Source of the DNA: a virus
Taxonomy: Duplodnaviria > Caudoviricetes
Direction: 5' to 3' (one strand)
IMG/VR virus record: IMGVR_UViG_3300036820_000021
Span: 1-58,919 of that record
Length of the DNA stretch: 58,919 nucleotides
This document shows positions 1 to 10,075 of the stretch, piece after piece. The notes under the pieces are model-generated. The model was not told where the DNA came from and searched no databases. It was given only the letters and a program-made list of their open reading frames with translations. The position numbers were made by a program, and so were the translations under genes. Within the stretch, counting starts at the first letter, position 1. Every line of letters starts with the position of its first letter.

Positions 1-136
1 TCGGCCCGCCGGTGGCGGCGGGCCAAATGGTCAAATTTCGCTAGCATCTTCGGGGCGCCGCCAAGGGCTGCCCGCCCCATCTATATAGCAGTTTCCGGCT
101 CTCGGCGCAATGAAGCCTTCGGCGCGGGGCTCCGAC

Positions 137-517
137 CTATTGCTTGCTCCACTTGGTGCCGTCGGACCAGTCGATCGATTTGTCCGGGCGCACGATGCCG
201 AACGAGTTGAAGGTGCCGCCGGCGCTGATCGTGCTGGCGCTGGTCATCTTGGCGTCGGAGGTGGCGCCGTCGGCGCCTTTGATCTGCAGATCATTGCCGG
301 ACTGTGTGATCGAAGGCGAAGCTCCGGGCCAAGTGCACGGATCCGGATTGGGCTTGCATTGCCAGGTGCCGCTCACCGAATTCTGCGCGTTGGCTGGTTC
401 CGCCGCGGCCGGTTTGGCGGCGCCTTGGGCGAGCGCGCTCGCCGTCATTGTCAGGCCGCACAAAACGGCCAGCACGGTGCACGGCAAAATTTTCTTCGTC
501 GGTTTTTGTTCGAGCAT
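137..517 (-). CDS. Host secreted hypothetical protein
   Basis: Signal-peptide-like N-terminus (basic, hydrophobic, ALA); lies outside attL. Confidence 0.65.
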   Translation of the reverse strand: MLEQKPTKKILPCTVLAVLCGLTMTASALAQGAAKPAAAEPANAQNSVSGTWQCKPNPDPCTWPGASPSITQSGNDLQIKGADGATSDAKMTSASTISAGGTFNSFGIVRPDKSIDWSDGTKWSKQ

Positions 518-583
518 TCGGTTCCTCCATTGACGTTCTGATGTTGTGCCCCCCGGTCACGCTTTGCAACGGCCGTGCGCTTA

Positions 584-1063
584 TCAAAGTGCGTACAGTC
601 CGCGAAGCGTATTCGGCTTCTCGTGCGGCGTCCAAGTAATGTTGCCGATCTTCCACGCACCCTTGGTCTTGACCAAGTCGAGGACGATCGCGCTGTCGCG
701 TTTGTAACTGGTGAACTTGACGGTCGCGCTGGCCTTGCTGGGGCCGGCGTCGCTCACCGCGATGTCGAACGAGGCGATCTCCCAGTCCTGGGCGTCGACG
801 AACGGATCGAAGTCGAGCGTGCCGACTTCCTGCCGGCGCGCAGCCGCACGGCGATCCTTGATCATGGCTGCCGCGAGCTTCGGTTCGAAATAGCGGCGGA
901 TGTCGGCATCGTTGTCGAGCGGACGGCCGTGAGCGTCCGTACCCTTATAGGTGTTGTAGATCGCGGTGACGAAGTCGCGCGGCGATGGCTCTGCGGCGAA
1001 TGCCGGGCGGGCAATGGCAGCCCCGGCAGCTGCGAAGATGATCTCGCGTCGTGTCGGCATCAA
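584..1063 (-). CDS. Host Tat-exported DUF3828/YbjP-like protein
   Basis: TRREIIF twin-arginine leader; LDFDPFVDAQD and WKIGNI motifs. Confidence 0.7.
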   Translation of the reverse strand: MMPTRREIIFAAAGAAIARPAFAAEPSPRDFVTAIYNTYKGTDAHGRPLDNDADIRRYFEPKLAAAMIKDRRAAARRQEVGTLDFDPFVDAQDWEIASFDIAVSDAGPSKASATVKFTSYKRDSAIVLDLVKTKGAWKIGNITWTPHEKPNTLRGLYAL

Positions 1064-1217
1064 TTTGCGGCCCTTTGAATTTTAAGGTGCGAAACGGCTG
1101 CGGTTTTATGGAGCCAAGCCTGCAAGAAAACAATGCGGCCAATCGGGAGCAGGGCGCTCCTGTGCGTCGGGGTCTTGCGCCGCCGCGCCACAGAGGGCAT
1201 GACAAAGCCCGCCGTGA

Positions 1218-1294
1218 AGGAGTGTAGCTCAACTGGCTAGAGCACCGGTCTCCAAAACCGGGGGTTGGGGGTTCGAGTCCCTCCACTCCTGCCA
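1218..1294 (+). tRNA. trnW: tRNA-Trp (CCA), prophage integration target
   Basis: Acceptor stem AGGAGTG/CACTCCT, anticodon arm CCGGT-CTCCAAA-ACCGG, GTTCGAG T-loop, encoded 3' CCA. Confidence 0.97.
1276..1294 (+). repeat. attL core (19 bp)
   Basis: AGTCCCTCCACTCCTGCCA, identical to 57957-57975. Confidence 0.95.
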
Positions 1295-1367
1295 CCCAGT
1301 CATTTTTCTGTGTAATACCAATAAGATAACTTTTCGGTGCGATCCCGTAGGTTTTCGTCTAAGGGTC

Positions 1368-2507
1368 TCACTTCGCGATTTCGCCCTCGATCTGTTCCCA
1401 CTCGAAGGCGCCGAGCAGCGCGCCGGCATCGCCCGCCAGCTTCCGCTTGCGCGCCTTGGCAGTGTACGTGGTCGCCATGCTCTCGCTTGTCCAATCGAAC
1501 AGCGCCATCATCTGCCGATCGCTGGCCCCGGCTTCCGCGCAGATCGACGCCGCGATCTTCTTCAAGCCGTGCGACGTGCACTCTGGCAAGCCGGCCTCAT
1601 CGCACCACGCGCGCATCCGGTTGCCGAGGCCGGCGTCTGTGAACGGCTGACCGTAGGCCGTGACCAGGAAGGTTTGCAGGCCGTGCGTCGTGATCTTGAG
1701 CGCATGGCGCAGCGGCGGCAGGATCGGCTTTACGCTTTCCTCGATCCGCTTGTAGCTCGTCTTGCGCGGGACATAGACCATGACGTCGCCGCGATCGTCC
1801 TTCGGGCCGAGCCGCGCGGCGTCGCCGCGGCGTGCACCGAGGAACAGCATCAGCGCCAGGGCGAGATACGCCATTGTCCCGGGAGGGTGACGGCGCACAT
1901 AGGTCCGTACATCCTCGACAGTCCAAGTCCGGAATCCTTCCGTAACCAGCTTCGCCTTGCGGGTGTCGCGGCACGGGTTCGCCGTGATGCCGTACTTGCG
2001 TGCCTCGATCGCCCAACTGAACATGCTGCCGAGATATTTGCGGCGGTTATTCGCGGCGCCGGACAGCCCCGCGTTCACCTTGCGGTCGCGGAACATCATT
2101 ATGTGGGTGGCATCGACGCGCGTGTAGGGGCAATCGCGCATCTGCCGCGCCGAGCCCGGCGTAACCGGCTCGTGCAAACACCCCTCGATGACACCGCGCC
2201 GGACACGCTGCGATCTCGCATCGAGCCCCTTGAACTCAGTTGACGCAAAATACTCGGCGGCAAGCCACCCAAGAGAACCGTGTGTGCGTCCGGGGCTTTG
2301 CGGCCTGTCAGGTGACGGCTCGATTTTTAACGCTTCCAGTTTTAACGTTTCCAGGGCTGCTCTGTAGGCCGCCATGAACTCGTCCGAGGCCGGTTCTCCG
2401 CGCAGCCTCAATCGGCGCAGCCGACCGAGCACCTTCCGGCGCACGTAAAAGCGCGCGTTGCCGTGGCGATCGGTTTCCGAAACCAGATTGGGAAGGTCGA
2501 TCTGCAC
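1368..2507 (-). CDS. int: Tyrosine integrase
   Basis: GARRGDA (catalytic R), HGLKK (HxxR variant), terminal YT tyrosine; adjacent to attL. Confidence 0.93.
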   Translation of the reverse strand: MQIDLPNLVSETDRHGNARFYVRRKVLGRLRRLRLRGEPASDEFMAAYRAALETLKLEALKIEPSPDRPQSPGRTHGSLGWLAAEYFASTEFKGLDARSQRVRRGVIEGCLHEPVTPGSARQMRDCPYTRVDATHIMMFRDRKVNAGLSGAANNRRKYLGSMFSWAIEARKYGITANPCRDTRKAKLVTEGFRTWTVEDVRTYVRRHPPGTMAYLALALMLFLGARRGDAARLGPKDDRGDVMVYVPRKTSYKRIEESVKPILPPLRHALKITTHGLQTFLVTAYGQPFTDAGLGNRMRAWCDEAGLPECTSHGLKKIAASICAEAGASDRQMMALFDWTSESMATTYTAKARKRKLAGDAGALLGAFEWEQIEGEIAK

Positions 2508-2692
2508 TATGCCCGCGTGTCCCAGCCGTCAGTGACAGTCTGCTCTGGCCGGGGCGGCAGAGCAAGATCGTCATCGGCTTGAAGGAGCAGAGTGCCGTCC
2601 GGCTTAATTTCGGCAACGCGCAGCCCCTCTTTTTTCGCCGCGCGAATATTGCGACGAACCTGAGCCTGAGTGCAGATGGCCGGCCTGCTCAC
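2507..2692 (-). CDS. Putative excisionase
   Basis: Small ORF directly upstream of int (QAQVRRNIRAAKKEG..IKPDGTL); GTG overlaps the upstream TGA. Confidence 0.6.
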   Translation of the reverse strand: MSRPAICTQAQVRRNIRAAKKEGLRVAEIKPDGTLLLQADDDLALPPRPEQTVTDGWDTRA

Positions 2693-2910
2693 GGCTGTTC
2701 CTTGCTCGGAAATGCCGCTTCCAGTGATTGCGGCGCCTGCCAACCGTGCGGCATCGGCTTATTGCCGTAAAGCGCGCGCCACTTGGCTTCCTCGATCGTC
2801 GCGTAGGCTGGCCGCTCGCCTGCCCATGACGGCAAGTTCCAAAGCCGGTCCTCATTGAGCTTCGCGAGTTCGCGGTGCGCGTCGCCGCCGAGTGTCATCG
2901 GCTGCCCCAC
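2689..2910 (-). CDS. Hypothetical phage protein
   Basis: Coupled ORF in leftward operon. Confidence 0.5.
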   Translation of the reverse strand: MGQPMTLGGDAHRELAKLNEDRLWNLPSWAGERPAYATIEEAKWRALYGNKPMPHGWQAPQSLEAAFPSKEQP

Positions 2911-3308
2911 ATATTGATCGGTCGCGACGGAATTTTGCGATCCTTCGCCCAGCGCGAGCGGCGCCGCGGCGGCTCGGCATCGGGCTCCATGGCTGCGGCG
3001 TGCGCCGCTTGCTTGGCGCGAACACGCTTCGACTTGGCGATCGTCGGCACGTCGACCTTGGCCGTCTTTTCCCGATGCTCCGGGGTTGGCGACGGGTCAA
3101 TGTTCCACGGCTCGTCGGGGCCGCCCTCGGCGTGCGGAATCGGATAGTGGTCGAACTGGAATCGGCTGATGATCTGGTCCGCAGTCAGCGTCTTGGCTTC
3201 TTGGTGCGGGATTACGCGCACAATCTGGCCGTTCTCGTCCATGCGCTTCATTTGCAGGAGCGCCGCGGCAAGCCGCGTCTTGAGCGAGAGGTGCTTGCGC
3301 TGGCTCAC
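2895..3308 (-). CDS. HNH-like endonuclease
   Basis: FDHYPIPHAEGG..WNI..H.EKT pattern. Confidence 0.65.
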   Translation of the reverse strand: MSQRKHLSLKTRLAAALLQMKRMDENGQIVRVIPHQEAKTLTADQIISRFQFDHYPIPHAEGGPDEPWNIDPSPTPEHREKTAKVDVPTIAKSKRVRAKQAAHAAAMEPDAEPPRRRSRWAKDRKIPSRPINMWGSR

Positions 3309-3508
3309 AGCCTGCCCTCCGCGATCATCTGCTCTACGACGGCGGCGCGCTCATCGGGGGACAGCGCCCGGCCGGCATTGGCGGGACCGAACGTGCCCGC
3401 AATGGCTTCGCGCGGTGGCCCAGCTTGGCAATGTCCGGCAAATACGGCGATGCTGTTAAGCAGCCCGAACGAGTACCACTCGGTCGCGTGAGCGCGGCGG
3501 TTGGTCAT
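3305..3508 (-). CDS. Hypothetical phage protein
   Basis: ATGA/GTGA-coupled at both ends. Confidence 0.5.
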   Translation of the reverse strand: MTNRRAHATEWYSFGLLNSIAVFAGHCQAGPPREAIAGTFGPANAGRALSPDERAAVVEQMIAEGRL

Positions 3509-4035
3509 GCGGCCATCTTCTTGGCCTCGGCCGCGAGCGTGGTTACGTCCACGCCGACATGCGCCGACAGGAAGTCCAAAACGTCGGTCTTACTCGCCTG
3601 GAACACCGCCGCGCCCATCAGCTTTTTCTTTTGCGTCTTGGCGATTCGGACGATGACGACATCCTCGAACGTCGAGAACTCGGCATAATCGACGGCGCGC
3701 GTCATCATTGTGATGTAGGCTGCGGCATCCTCGGAGCTCGCGAACGAGCATGCCGATTCGTCATAGTGGCCGGTGCGGATCAGCGCATGTTTTCGGAGAG
3801 CGTCTTCGTTCGCTATCGCGGTTTCGTAATTTTCCGGCCAGTTCTGCCAAGCCGCATGGATGATCGCAAAATAGTGGTTGTGCGTCGCCTTAGACCGCTG
3901 ATCGTAGGGCACCTGCGACGTGCGCTCTCCGAGGCTGTAATGTGCGCGCGCCGCATCGAAATTGCGGCCAGGGAGCGGACGCAGCACGAAACCGTCCCAT
4001 TCATAGACGATAGGGCCAACCTGCTTCCGGATCAC
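3505..4035 (-). CDS. NinB/DUF1367-like recombination accessory protein
   Basis: RSKATHNHYFAII motif; GTGA overlap with the exonuclease stop. Confidence 0.5.
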   Translation of the reverse strand: MIRKQVGPIVYEWDGFVLRPLPGRNFDAARAHYSLGERTSQVPYDQRSKATHNHYFAIIHAAWQNWPENYETAIANEDALRKHALIRTGHYDESACSFASSEDAAAYITMMTRAVDYAEFSTFEDVVIVRIAKTQKKKLMGAAVFQASKTDVLDFLSAHVGVDVTTLAAEAKKMAA

Positions 4036-4691
4036 GCGGCGATCCCCAGTGGAGCGCCAGCGCGCAGCTTCTCGACCAGGGCGTCCAGTTCTTCGTTGAA
4101 CCGGGCAATCTGCTCCGCGAGTTGGCTGATGTACTTGTCGTCGCGATAGACCCTGATCTCGAACAGTTCGAGGTGAATACATTCGAGATCGGGGCAGAAA
4201 CTCACAAAGTCCCAGAAATCGCGCTCGCAGACCATCAAACTGCCTTGCACCTGGGCAATGTGCTCGCTCGGCATGACGCCTTCGCGCTTACGCTTGATCT
4301 GGATGTGTGGAAGCACGCTCTTGATCTCGGCGCCGCCGTCTTCGCCGATCAGACAGTCAGGGCTTGCTCCGGCGCGGTATTTGTCGTTGCGCACGAAACC
4401 GACCTGATCCGGCACGATGTTGTGCCGGAAGCCGTATTCGGCGCGCGCCAGCGGCTCCTGCTCGTGGCCGCGCTCGGTGTCCTCATTGGAGAACGTCGAG
4501 CCTGTCGGCTTGCCGGTGATGATCTCGGCCGCCAGCTTTTCCAGATACTCGACCCGTTGCAGACTGACGCCGCCAGGGCCGCGGCCTTTCGTAACCATCA
4601 GCCGCTTAAACTCACTGGCAGTTGGAAGGCCCTTGCGACAATCGAACCACGAATCTGTTCCTTGCTCGCAATTGAAAATCTCGATGCCCAT
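4032..4691 (-). CDS. YqaJ/lambda-exonuclease family protein
   Basis: EQGTDSWF..R..TAS, GASPD..EIK, QVQG motifs. Confidence 0.9.
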   Translation of the reverse strand: MGIEIFNCEQGTDSWFDCRKGLPTASEFKRLMVTKGRGPGGVSLQRVEYLEKLAAEIITGKPTGSTFSNEDTERGHEQEPLARAEYGFRHNIVPDQVGFVRNDKYRAGASPDCLIGEDGGAEIKSVLPHIQIKRKREGVMPSEHIAQVQGSLMVCERDFWDFVSFCPDLECIHLELFEIRVYRDDKYISQLAEQIARFNEELDALVEKLRAGAPLGIAA

Positions 4692-4693
4692 GG

Positions 4694-4897
4694 TTACGCC
4701 TTCTGCCCGGGGTGGATGCCCCTGATGTGCGTGTTGAAATGCTGCCCCTTCGACGGCGCGGCGAGGAAGGCGGCATTCTTCTCAGGCGACACGCCGTCGT
4801 AGTGCCACACCGCGCCGTTCTTGAAGCGCAGCGTCATCGTCCGCGAGGCGGGGTCGTAGTCGTGATGAGAGAACATCGACGAGTCGATCGGGCTCAT
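4694..4897 (-). CDS. KTSC domain protein
   Basis: DSS..YD..L.FKNG..Y.GV..FLAAPSKG.FN..I. Confidence 0.85.
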   Translation of the reverse strand: MSPIDSSMFSHHDYDPASRTMTLRFKNGAVWHYDGVSPEKNAAFLAAPSKGQHFNTHIRGIHPGQKA

Positions 4898-5796
4898 TGC
4901 TTTGTCTCCGGGTGGCGCTGTTTGATGGCCTTGACGCACGAATCGAAAAATCGTGCAGGGATGTCGCCAAGGCGCACCACTTCCGCGCCGGGCAATTTGC
5001 TTGCCGCCCAGCGGACAAAAGCCGGAGCGTCGACCTTGCGATCCATGATGAGGTCTTGCAGTTCCGCGATCTGCGCCGGGCTCAACAGTTCGCCGGTATC
5101 TTCGGTGATCGGCGCCGCGCGCTCGTTCGCCGGGGCCATAGCCGGACGCTCGTTCAGCGGGGCGCCAGACGCGCGGCCGTCATCATCATGCTTCGACGCG
5201 AGGCCGAGGGCGGCCTTGAGGGTGTAGCGTTCCAGATAGGTTACGGCCGAGCCTACCGCTTGGAGGTGGTTCTTGTTTCCGGATACGTCGATCTTGCCGG
5301 AAAGTACCGTTTCCTCGCTGTGGCCGAGATGGTGCGAGACGATGCACGCGACGGACACGAGGCCGGTTTCGGGATTGTTGGTTGGGCGCCAGCGGTAGAA
5401 TAGGCCGTTTGCGCCAAGGATTTCGTCAATGCTATCGGCGATACCGGCGATGTCCTCATGATTGTAGGAGGTGCTTTTGCCGCCGTTCTTCGACTCGAAT
5501 CCCACCGTGCGGTTTTTGATGATCGGCTTGATGTCGGCCTTCGCTGCGGCCAGGGCGTTGTTGAAGGCTTTGACGCCCTCGTTCTTCTCCCACCGCTCTT
5601 GCAGCCCCATCATTCGGTCCACAAGATCGAGGTTGCCGGCGACAACAGCTTTTTCGATGAGCGACATGAAGCCGGCGCCTTGGGGATTGGTTACGGCGAC
5701 GGCCTGATTGTGCGCGACGATCGCAAGCACCCCGGCGCCTGCAGGAGGCGTTTCGTCAAACTCGACGTCGATGGCAGTAGCGGTTGCGGTTTCCAT
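4894..5796 (-). CDS. ERF family single-strand annealing protein
   Basis: QAVGSAVTYLERYTL..LG...DDDG signature. Confidence 0.9.
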   Translation of the reverse strand: METATATAIDVEFDETPPAGAGVLAIVAHNQAVAVTNPQGAGFMSLIEKAVVAGNLDLVDRMMGLQERWEKNEGVKAFNNALAAAKADIKPIIKNRTVGFESKNGGKSTSYNHEDIAGIADSIDEILGANGLFYRWRPTNNPETGLVSVACIVSHHLGHSEETVLSGKIDVSGNKNHLQAVGSAVTYLERYTLKAALGLASKHDDDGRASGAPLNERPAMAPANERAAPITEDTGELLSPAQIAELQDLIMDRKVDAPAFVRWAASKLPGAEVVRLGDIPARFFDSCVKAIKQRHPETKQ

Positions 5797-5808
5797 GGTG
5801 ATTCCCGG

Positions 5809-6747
5809 TTAGTAGGAGATGACGGTGTGTTCGATCTGACCGCGCGCAATCGCGATGACAACGGCGGCGGCGAGATCGGACGAAAGACCGGCGCGAGCGC
5901 ACAGGGAATCGCGCACGGCTGCATTGACCTTCGCGCGGTGGACCCGATCGTTCATACGGAGTCCGGCAGCGCGGGCTTCGGCAGCCTGCTCGGCCTCGAC
6001 CTGCTGGCGCGCGGCGGCTTCGGCGTTTGCGGCGCGCTGATTTGCAGCCGCAACCGCGGCATCAGCTTCCAGCGCCCGTTTCCGCGTGAGTTCTTCGGCC
6101 GCCTTGGCGATGCGCTCGCGATCGGCGCGCTCGGTTTCCTTCTGGCGCAGCGCCTCTAACTCGGCGCGCTCGGCGTCGTGGCGCTGGGCGGCGCTGAGCA
6201 TGACTGTCAGCTTCGCGATGCCGGCCTCGCGGGCGGCGCCCGCGCGCTTCTCAAATTCTTCCCAGAGTCGATTGCCGCCGATGGCCCTCAGTCGATCGAG
6301 CCTGCCGCAGATGTCCGCCGACGCCGGCTCTGCCGAGTCGAACACTGCGCACGCCTCGATCTCGGCAAGCGCCTGTTGATGCTCGTCGATGCGGGCCTTT
6401 TCCTCATCTTCCCAATCAGTGAGCGGCTTACGCACCGTGTCGCGGAGCAGATCGAGGCGGTCGCGAATCGACTTGCGCTCGGCGTCAACCTCTTTCGCCG
6501 CCTCTTTCAGATAGGCGACGTGCACCTTTCCCTTGTCGTCGAGGGCGGTCTTGGTGCGCGCCACCTTGTAGGCGACGTCGGCGATGGCGCGGCGTGCGGT
6601 CGCGGTCGAAAGATCGGATGTTGCCGCCCCGCGCGCGGCTTCCTCGATCTCCGCAATGACGCTTTCCGCGCCGGCCTTTGCGAAGATCACTTGTGGATCG
6701 AGGCTGTCGAGATCGACAAAGAGATCAGGTGCGTCCTGCACGATCAT
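5809..6747 (-). CDS. Conserved phage coiled-coil early protein
   Basis: DLST..RRAIA..AYKVARTKTALD motif; heptad-rich. Confidence 0.7.
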   Translation of the reverse strand: MIVQDAPDLFVDLDSLDPQVIFAKAGAESVIAEIEEAARGAATSDLSTATARRAIADVAYKVARTKTALDDKGKVHVAYLKEAAKEVDAERKSIRDRLDLLRDTVRKPLTDWEDEEKARIDEHQQALAEIEACAVFDSAEPASADICGRLDRLRAIGGNRLWEEFEKRAGAAREAGIAKLTVMLSAAQRHDAERAELEALRQKETERADRERIAKAAEELTRKRALEADAAVAAANQRAANAEAAARQQVEAEQAAEARAAGLRMNDRVHRAKVNAAVRDSLCARAGLSSDLAAAVVIAIARGQIEHTVISY

Positions 6748-6807
6748 TCTCCCAACGCTGTGTTGTGGGGCGGTACGCGATACCGAAATCCGCCCTGGCG
6801 TCAGGAG

Positions 6808-6822
6808 TACCGAAAACCTGTA
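6808..6822. promoter_or_regulatory. Putative repressor operator (PL side)
   Basis: TACCGAAAACCTGTA, differing at one base from 7582-7596. Confidence 0.6.
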
Positions 6823-6974
6823 GTTAGGTCAAGCGTTATATCGGAAAATTGGTAAGTGTTGCATGGATGGCACGCAACTTTGAGATTGCTGTACAGGAAA
6901 ATAGATGGTTAATGCCGGATTGGGTTCGAGGGGCCTCGACCCGAAAAACACAAGAATGAAAAAGGGTTGATTAA

Positions 6975-7196
6975 ATGATGGCGGATGTGCGTTTGGAGGA
7001 ACTTGTGCCGCAGCTACCCGATGGCGACGCGGCGCGGAAAGCCGTGCTGGATCGCGCAAAAGAGATCGTTTCGGCGTTCTGGGCCGATGGGTCCGACCCG
7101 GTCCTGGCAATGGCAATGCAGGTTGCCGTACAGCTACCGGCAGCGAAAGTGCTGGCCGTCGCGGCTATCGAGGCGATGCAGCGGTTAGCGGCTTAA
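6975..7196 (+). CDS. Hypothetical protein in immunity region
   Basis: ORF convergent with cI, downstream of AT-rich DNA. Confidence 0.4.
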   Translation: MMADVRLEELVPQLPDGDAARKAVLDRAKEIVSAFWADGSDPVLAMAMQVAVQLPAAKVLAVAAIEAMQRLAA

Positions 7197-7556
7197 CCGC
7201 TTCACCATTCGCTCTGATTCGTCGATCGCCGCCGAGAAGGCCGGGCGCAGGGTGCCCTTGTCTCCGCGATAGAGCCAATCCAGCGTGACCTGCGGGAACT
7301 TTCGGCAGATCAGGAGGGCAAGGTTCAGCGTCAAACGGTCGCGGCCCGATTCGTAATTGTTCCAACGCTGCGGAGTGATCCTCAAACCGTTCCCGGCTGA
7401 GATCGCCTTAGAAAGTGCCGCCTGTGTGGCAAAACCAAGGGCGATACGTGTCACCTCAAGTCTCGCGGCGATCGCTTCTTTTGATTCCGGGTGCGCCATC
7501 TTGCGCAGAATGGCCGGAACCGCACGCTTTTCCAATATGCCGCGCTCGATAGACAT
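7185..7556 (-). CDS. CI-like XRE HTH repressor without peptidase domain
   Basis: TQAALSK..ITPQRWNNYESG..VTLDWLYRG; divergent from cro. Confidence 0.85.
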   Translation of the reverse strand: MSIERGILEKRAVPAILRKMAHPESKEAIAARLEVTRIALGFATQAALSKAISAGNGLRITPQRWNNYESGRDRLTLNLALLICRKFPQVTLDWLYRGDKGTLRPAFSAAIDESERMVKRLSR

Positions 7557-7581
7557 TTTAATTGCTTAATCCTGTTGAATG

Positions 7582-7596
7582 TACCGAAAGCCTGTA
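7582..7596. promoter_or_regulatory. Putative repressor operator (PR side)
   Basis: TACCGAAAGCCTGTA between the cI and cro starts. Confidence 0.6.
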
Positions 7597-7608
7597 GTAT
7601 GAACCCCC

Positions 7609-7842
7609 ATGGCTCGGGGAACATACGACATCACCACGATTAACGGCGTAATCGCCGCGCTCGGCGGGGCGCCGCGCATCATCAAACTTACCGGACGTTC
7701 CCCGCAGGCCATTTCCAACTGGCGTTCTCAAGGTCGGATCGCGTCCGACCTGTACGTCTTGATGACCGGCGCCCTAGGCGCTGTCACGGCCGATCCCGCC
7801 TTGTGGGGCCAAGAAACGGCTTCCGAGGAGCAGGCCGCGTGA
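7609..7842 (+). CDS. Cro-like repressor
   Basis: VIAALGG..IIKLTGRSPQAISNWRSQGRI HTH. Confidence 0.8.
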   Translation: MARGTYDITTINGVIAALGGAPRIIKLTGRSPQAISNWRSQGRIASDLYVLMTGALGAVTADPALWGQETASEEQAA

Positions 7843-8105
7843 ATTTCATCACACAACGATCTTCAACGGCGAAACGTTCCAGCGCGCAGCCGCGCGGCGG
7901 ATCGCCGAACTGTGTTTGCGCGTCGGCGGCGGCCGTTTGCGCGGATAGGCCGGCGATCGAGACGCTGCCGGGCGCCGGCTGAAAATCTTAAGGGCCTTGT
8001 CACTGAGACGAGGAAGCGGCGAAGCAAACGGTTTCTCTGTGTCCATGGGCAGGAGGGTAGGCACAGGGATTTCCGAAAACCCGGAATTCTCATCCGGGTG
8101 AAAGG

Positions 8106-8444
8106 GTGAGTGTCATGCGTGAATTTCAACAGCTTGTCGCTGCGGTTTCGGGGCCTCGGTTGGTCAACGACAGCCGCGAAAGTTGGCTCCGGCGCGGCGC
8201 GCGGCACGCCAACGTATCCTACAGACAGATAAAGGCGCTGTTTTATGGTGAAGTTAGTAATCCCCACTCAAGGCTTGTCCGCAAAGTTCGAAGCGCGGCC
8301 GGGCTGCACGAGGCCGTCGAACTCGCCGAGCGCTTCGAAAGCTTGGCGGCATCCCTCAGTCATCGCAGCGAAACGCGCGCTCGCGCGGACATTGATCGCC
8401 TCATCGCTGCTGCTAACGCGCTGCGCGGTCTGGGCTCTGGCTGA
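8106..8444 (+). CDS. CII-position HTH-like protein
   Basis: ARHANVSYRQIKALFYGE; located after cro. Confidence 0.5.
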   Translation: MSVMREFQQLVAAVSGPRLVNDSRESWLRRGARHANVSYRQIKALFYGEVSNPHSRLVRKVRSAAGLHEAVELAERFESLAASLSHRSETRARADIDRLIAAANALRGLGSG

Positions 8445-8472
8445 GTAACCAAACAAGTGGAGGGAAGCCGCA

Positions 8473-9189
8473 ATGAAAGTAAAGGTCGAGGACGATTGCC
8501 TGACAGCCGACGACGTGCGCGCGCGCAACAAAACGGTGCGCGACCGTCGCCGGATCGAATACGCGAAGGCGAAGGTGGAATTGGGGAGGCGGCCTGCGCC
8601 GCTGGCGCTGAAACCACAGCCCCAGCCAGCGCCGGCTGCGCCGGTCAAGATGCCGGTTGTTGAATTGCCGGTTTTTGAATTGCCGGTTGTTGAGTTGCCG
8701 GTTGAGACACCTGTTCCGGCTCGGCCTCCCCTTGTGCCATGCGAAGAACTCGGCGTGCCGCTGTGCGCGGGATGCCGCGCCAGGGTGCAAGAGCATTTTG
8801 CAGCCACGCCCGAGCGGCCCCGCATTTTCCTCGAACAGGTGCTTCGCGAGGTGTCGCGCGTGACGCGCGTTTCCGTTGACGACATACGCGGTGGGCGCCG
8901 CACGGCAAACGTGCTGATCCCGCGTCAGATGGTCATGGCGCTGGGGCGTAAGCTGGCGAAGACGTCGCTGCCGGAAATCGGCCGACGATTGGGTGACCGC
9001 GACCACACGACCGTTCTCCACGGCGCCCGCAAGTTCGATGAACTGCTCTGCATCATCGAACAGCGCATTGGCGCCGATGCGCCACTGACAGCGTGGGTTC
9101 ATGCGGCCTGGAATGAAATTCTGGGTGGCTATGTCCTGAGATCGCCGCCGCCGCGATCGGTCGCTCTCGCCGCACAGGTGGCCGCGTGA
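8473..9189 (+). CDS. Protein with C-terminal DnaA domain IV (DnaA-box-binding HTH)
   Basis: PRQMVMAL..TSLPEIGRRLGDRDHTTVLHG. Confidence 0.85.
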   Translation: MKVKVEDDCLTADDVRARNKTVRDRRRIEYAKAKVELGRRPAPLALKPQPQPAPAAPVKMPVVELPVFELPVVELPVETPVPARPPLVPCEELGVPLCAGCRARVQEHFAATPERPRIFLEQVLREVSRVTRVSVDDIRGGRRTANVLIPRQMVMALGRKLAKTSLPEIGRRLGDRDHTTVLHGARKFDELLCIIEQRIGADAPLTAWVHAAWNEILGGYVLRSPPPRSVALAAQVAA

Positions 9190-9791
9190 GCCAGCGATAT
9201 TCCGGGTATCAGCGCGTCGCGAACGACCATTACGCCACCCCAGCGTGGGTGACAGACGCGCTTCTTCCTCATATTCGTCCGCAGATCGTAATTTCCGACA
9301 ATTGGGCGCGCCCCGATTCGCTCGCGGCCGTCGAACGCTTCAAGTTGGCAATTTGGGAGCCTGCGTGCGGCGAGGGGAAGATGACCGCCGTCCTCGATGG
9401 CGCCGGGCACTGGACGGTTGGAACTGACATTGAGCAAGGCGTCGATTTTCTCGTTCAGCAGCATACGCCACTCGGCTCCATTCGGGCGATCATCACCAAC
9501 CCGCCCTATAATTTAGCGACCGAATTTATCGAACATGCCTTGACGCTAATGCGCCCCGTGCGCGGTATCGTCGCAATGCTGTTGCGTGCCGACTTCGATC
9601 ACGCGCGCACGCGCGGCCACCTATTCGCCAGACATCCGGCCTTCGCGCGTCGAATCGCGCTCACGCGCCGCATCCGCTGGTTTGAGGATAGCAAGGGTAA
9701 CCCGTCTTTCAATCACAGTTGGTTCCTCTGGGATTGGGAGAACTCAGCCCCACCCACCATCGCATATGCGCCCGCGGAGCAAGCGTCATGA
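9186..9791 (+). CDS. Amino (N6-A/N4-C) DNA methyltransferase
   Basis: D.YATP, WEPACGEG (motif I), ITNPPY (motif IV). Confidence 0.8.
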   Translation: MSQRYSGYQRVANDHYATPAWVTDALLPHIRPQIVISDNWARPDSLAAVERFKLAIWEPACGEGKMTAVLDGAGHWTVGTDIEQGVDFLVQQHTPLGSIRAIITNPPYNLATEFIEHALTLMRPVRGIVAMLLRADFDHARTRGHLFARHPAFARRIALTRRIRWFEDSKGNPSFNHSWFLWDWENSAPPTIAYAPAEQAS

Positions 9792-10042
9792 GGACCAAAG
9801 AACCAATCCCGCCCCGGCATTTCGGGCCGACCGCTGTCGCCGTCGACGACTTTCTGCGCTCGCTCGGCTGCACCGAGATCACCTTCATCAAGAACCGACA
9901 CGTCAAAGTCTCAGCCATGGTCGGGCCGAAGCGCATCAGCTTTAGCATCCCCTGCACACCGAGAGACGATACGGATGCTGCCAAGCAGGCCGTGTGGCGA
10001 GCCAAGAAAAAATTGACCGAAGCCTGCGTTGCCGTCGTGTAA
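9788..10042 (+). CDS. Small HicA-like-fold hypothetical protein
   Basis: FLRSLG..KNRHVKV..SIPCTP.D pattern; ATGA-coupled. Confidence 0.4.
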   Translation: MRTKEPIPPRHFGPTAVAVDDFLRSLGCTEITFIKNRHVKVSAMVGPKRISFSIPCTPRDDTDAAKQAVWRAKKKLTEACVAVV

Positions 10043-10075
10043 CCACCCACCACCAGCCAAACCGGAGAACGAACA

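Noticed and set aside
945-1295. ORF MAGVEGLEPPTPG...
   Set aside because: Antisense translation of tRNA-Trp; the same artefact affects 57848-58072 at attR.
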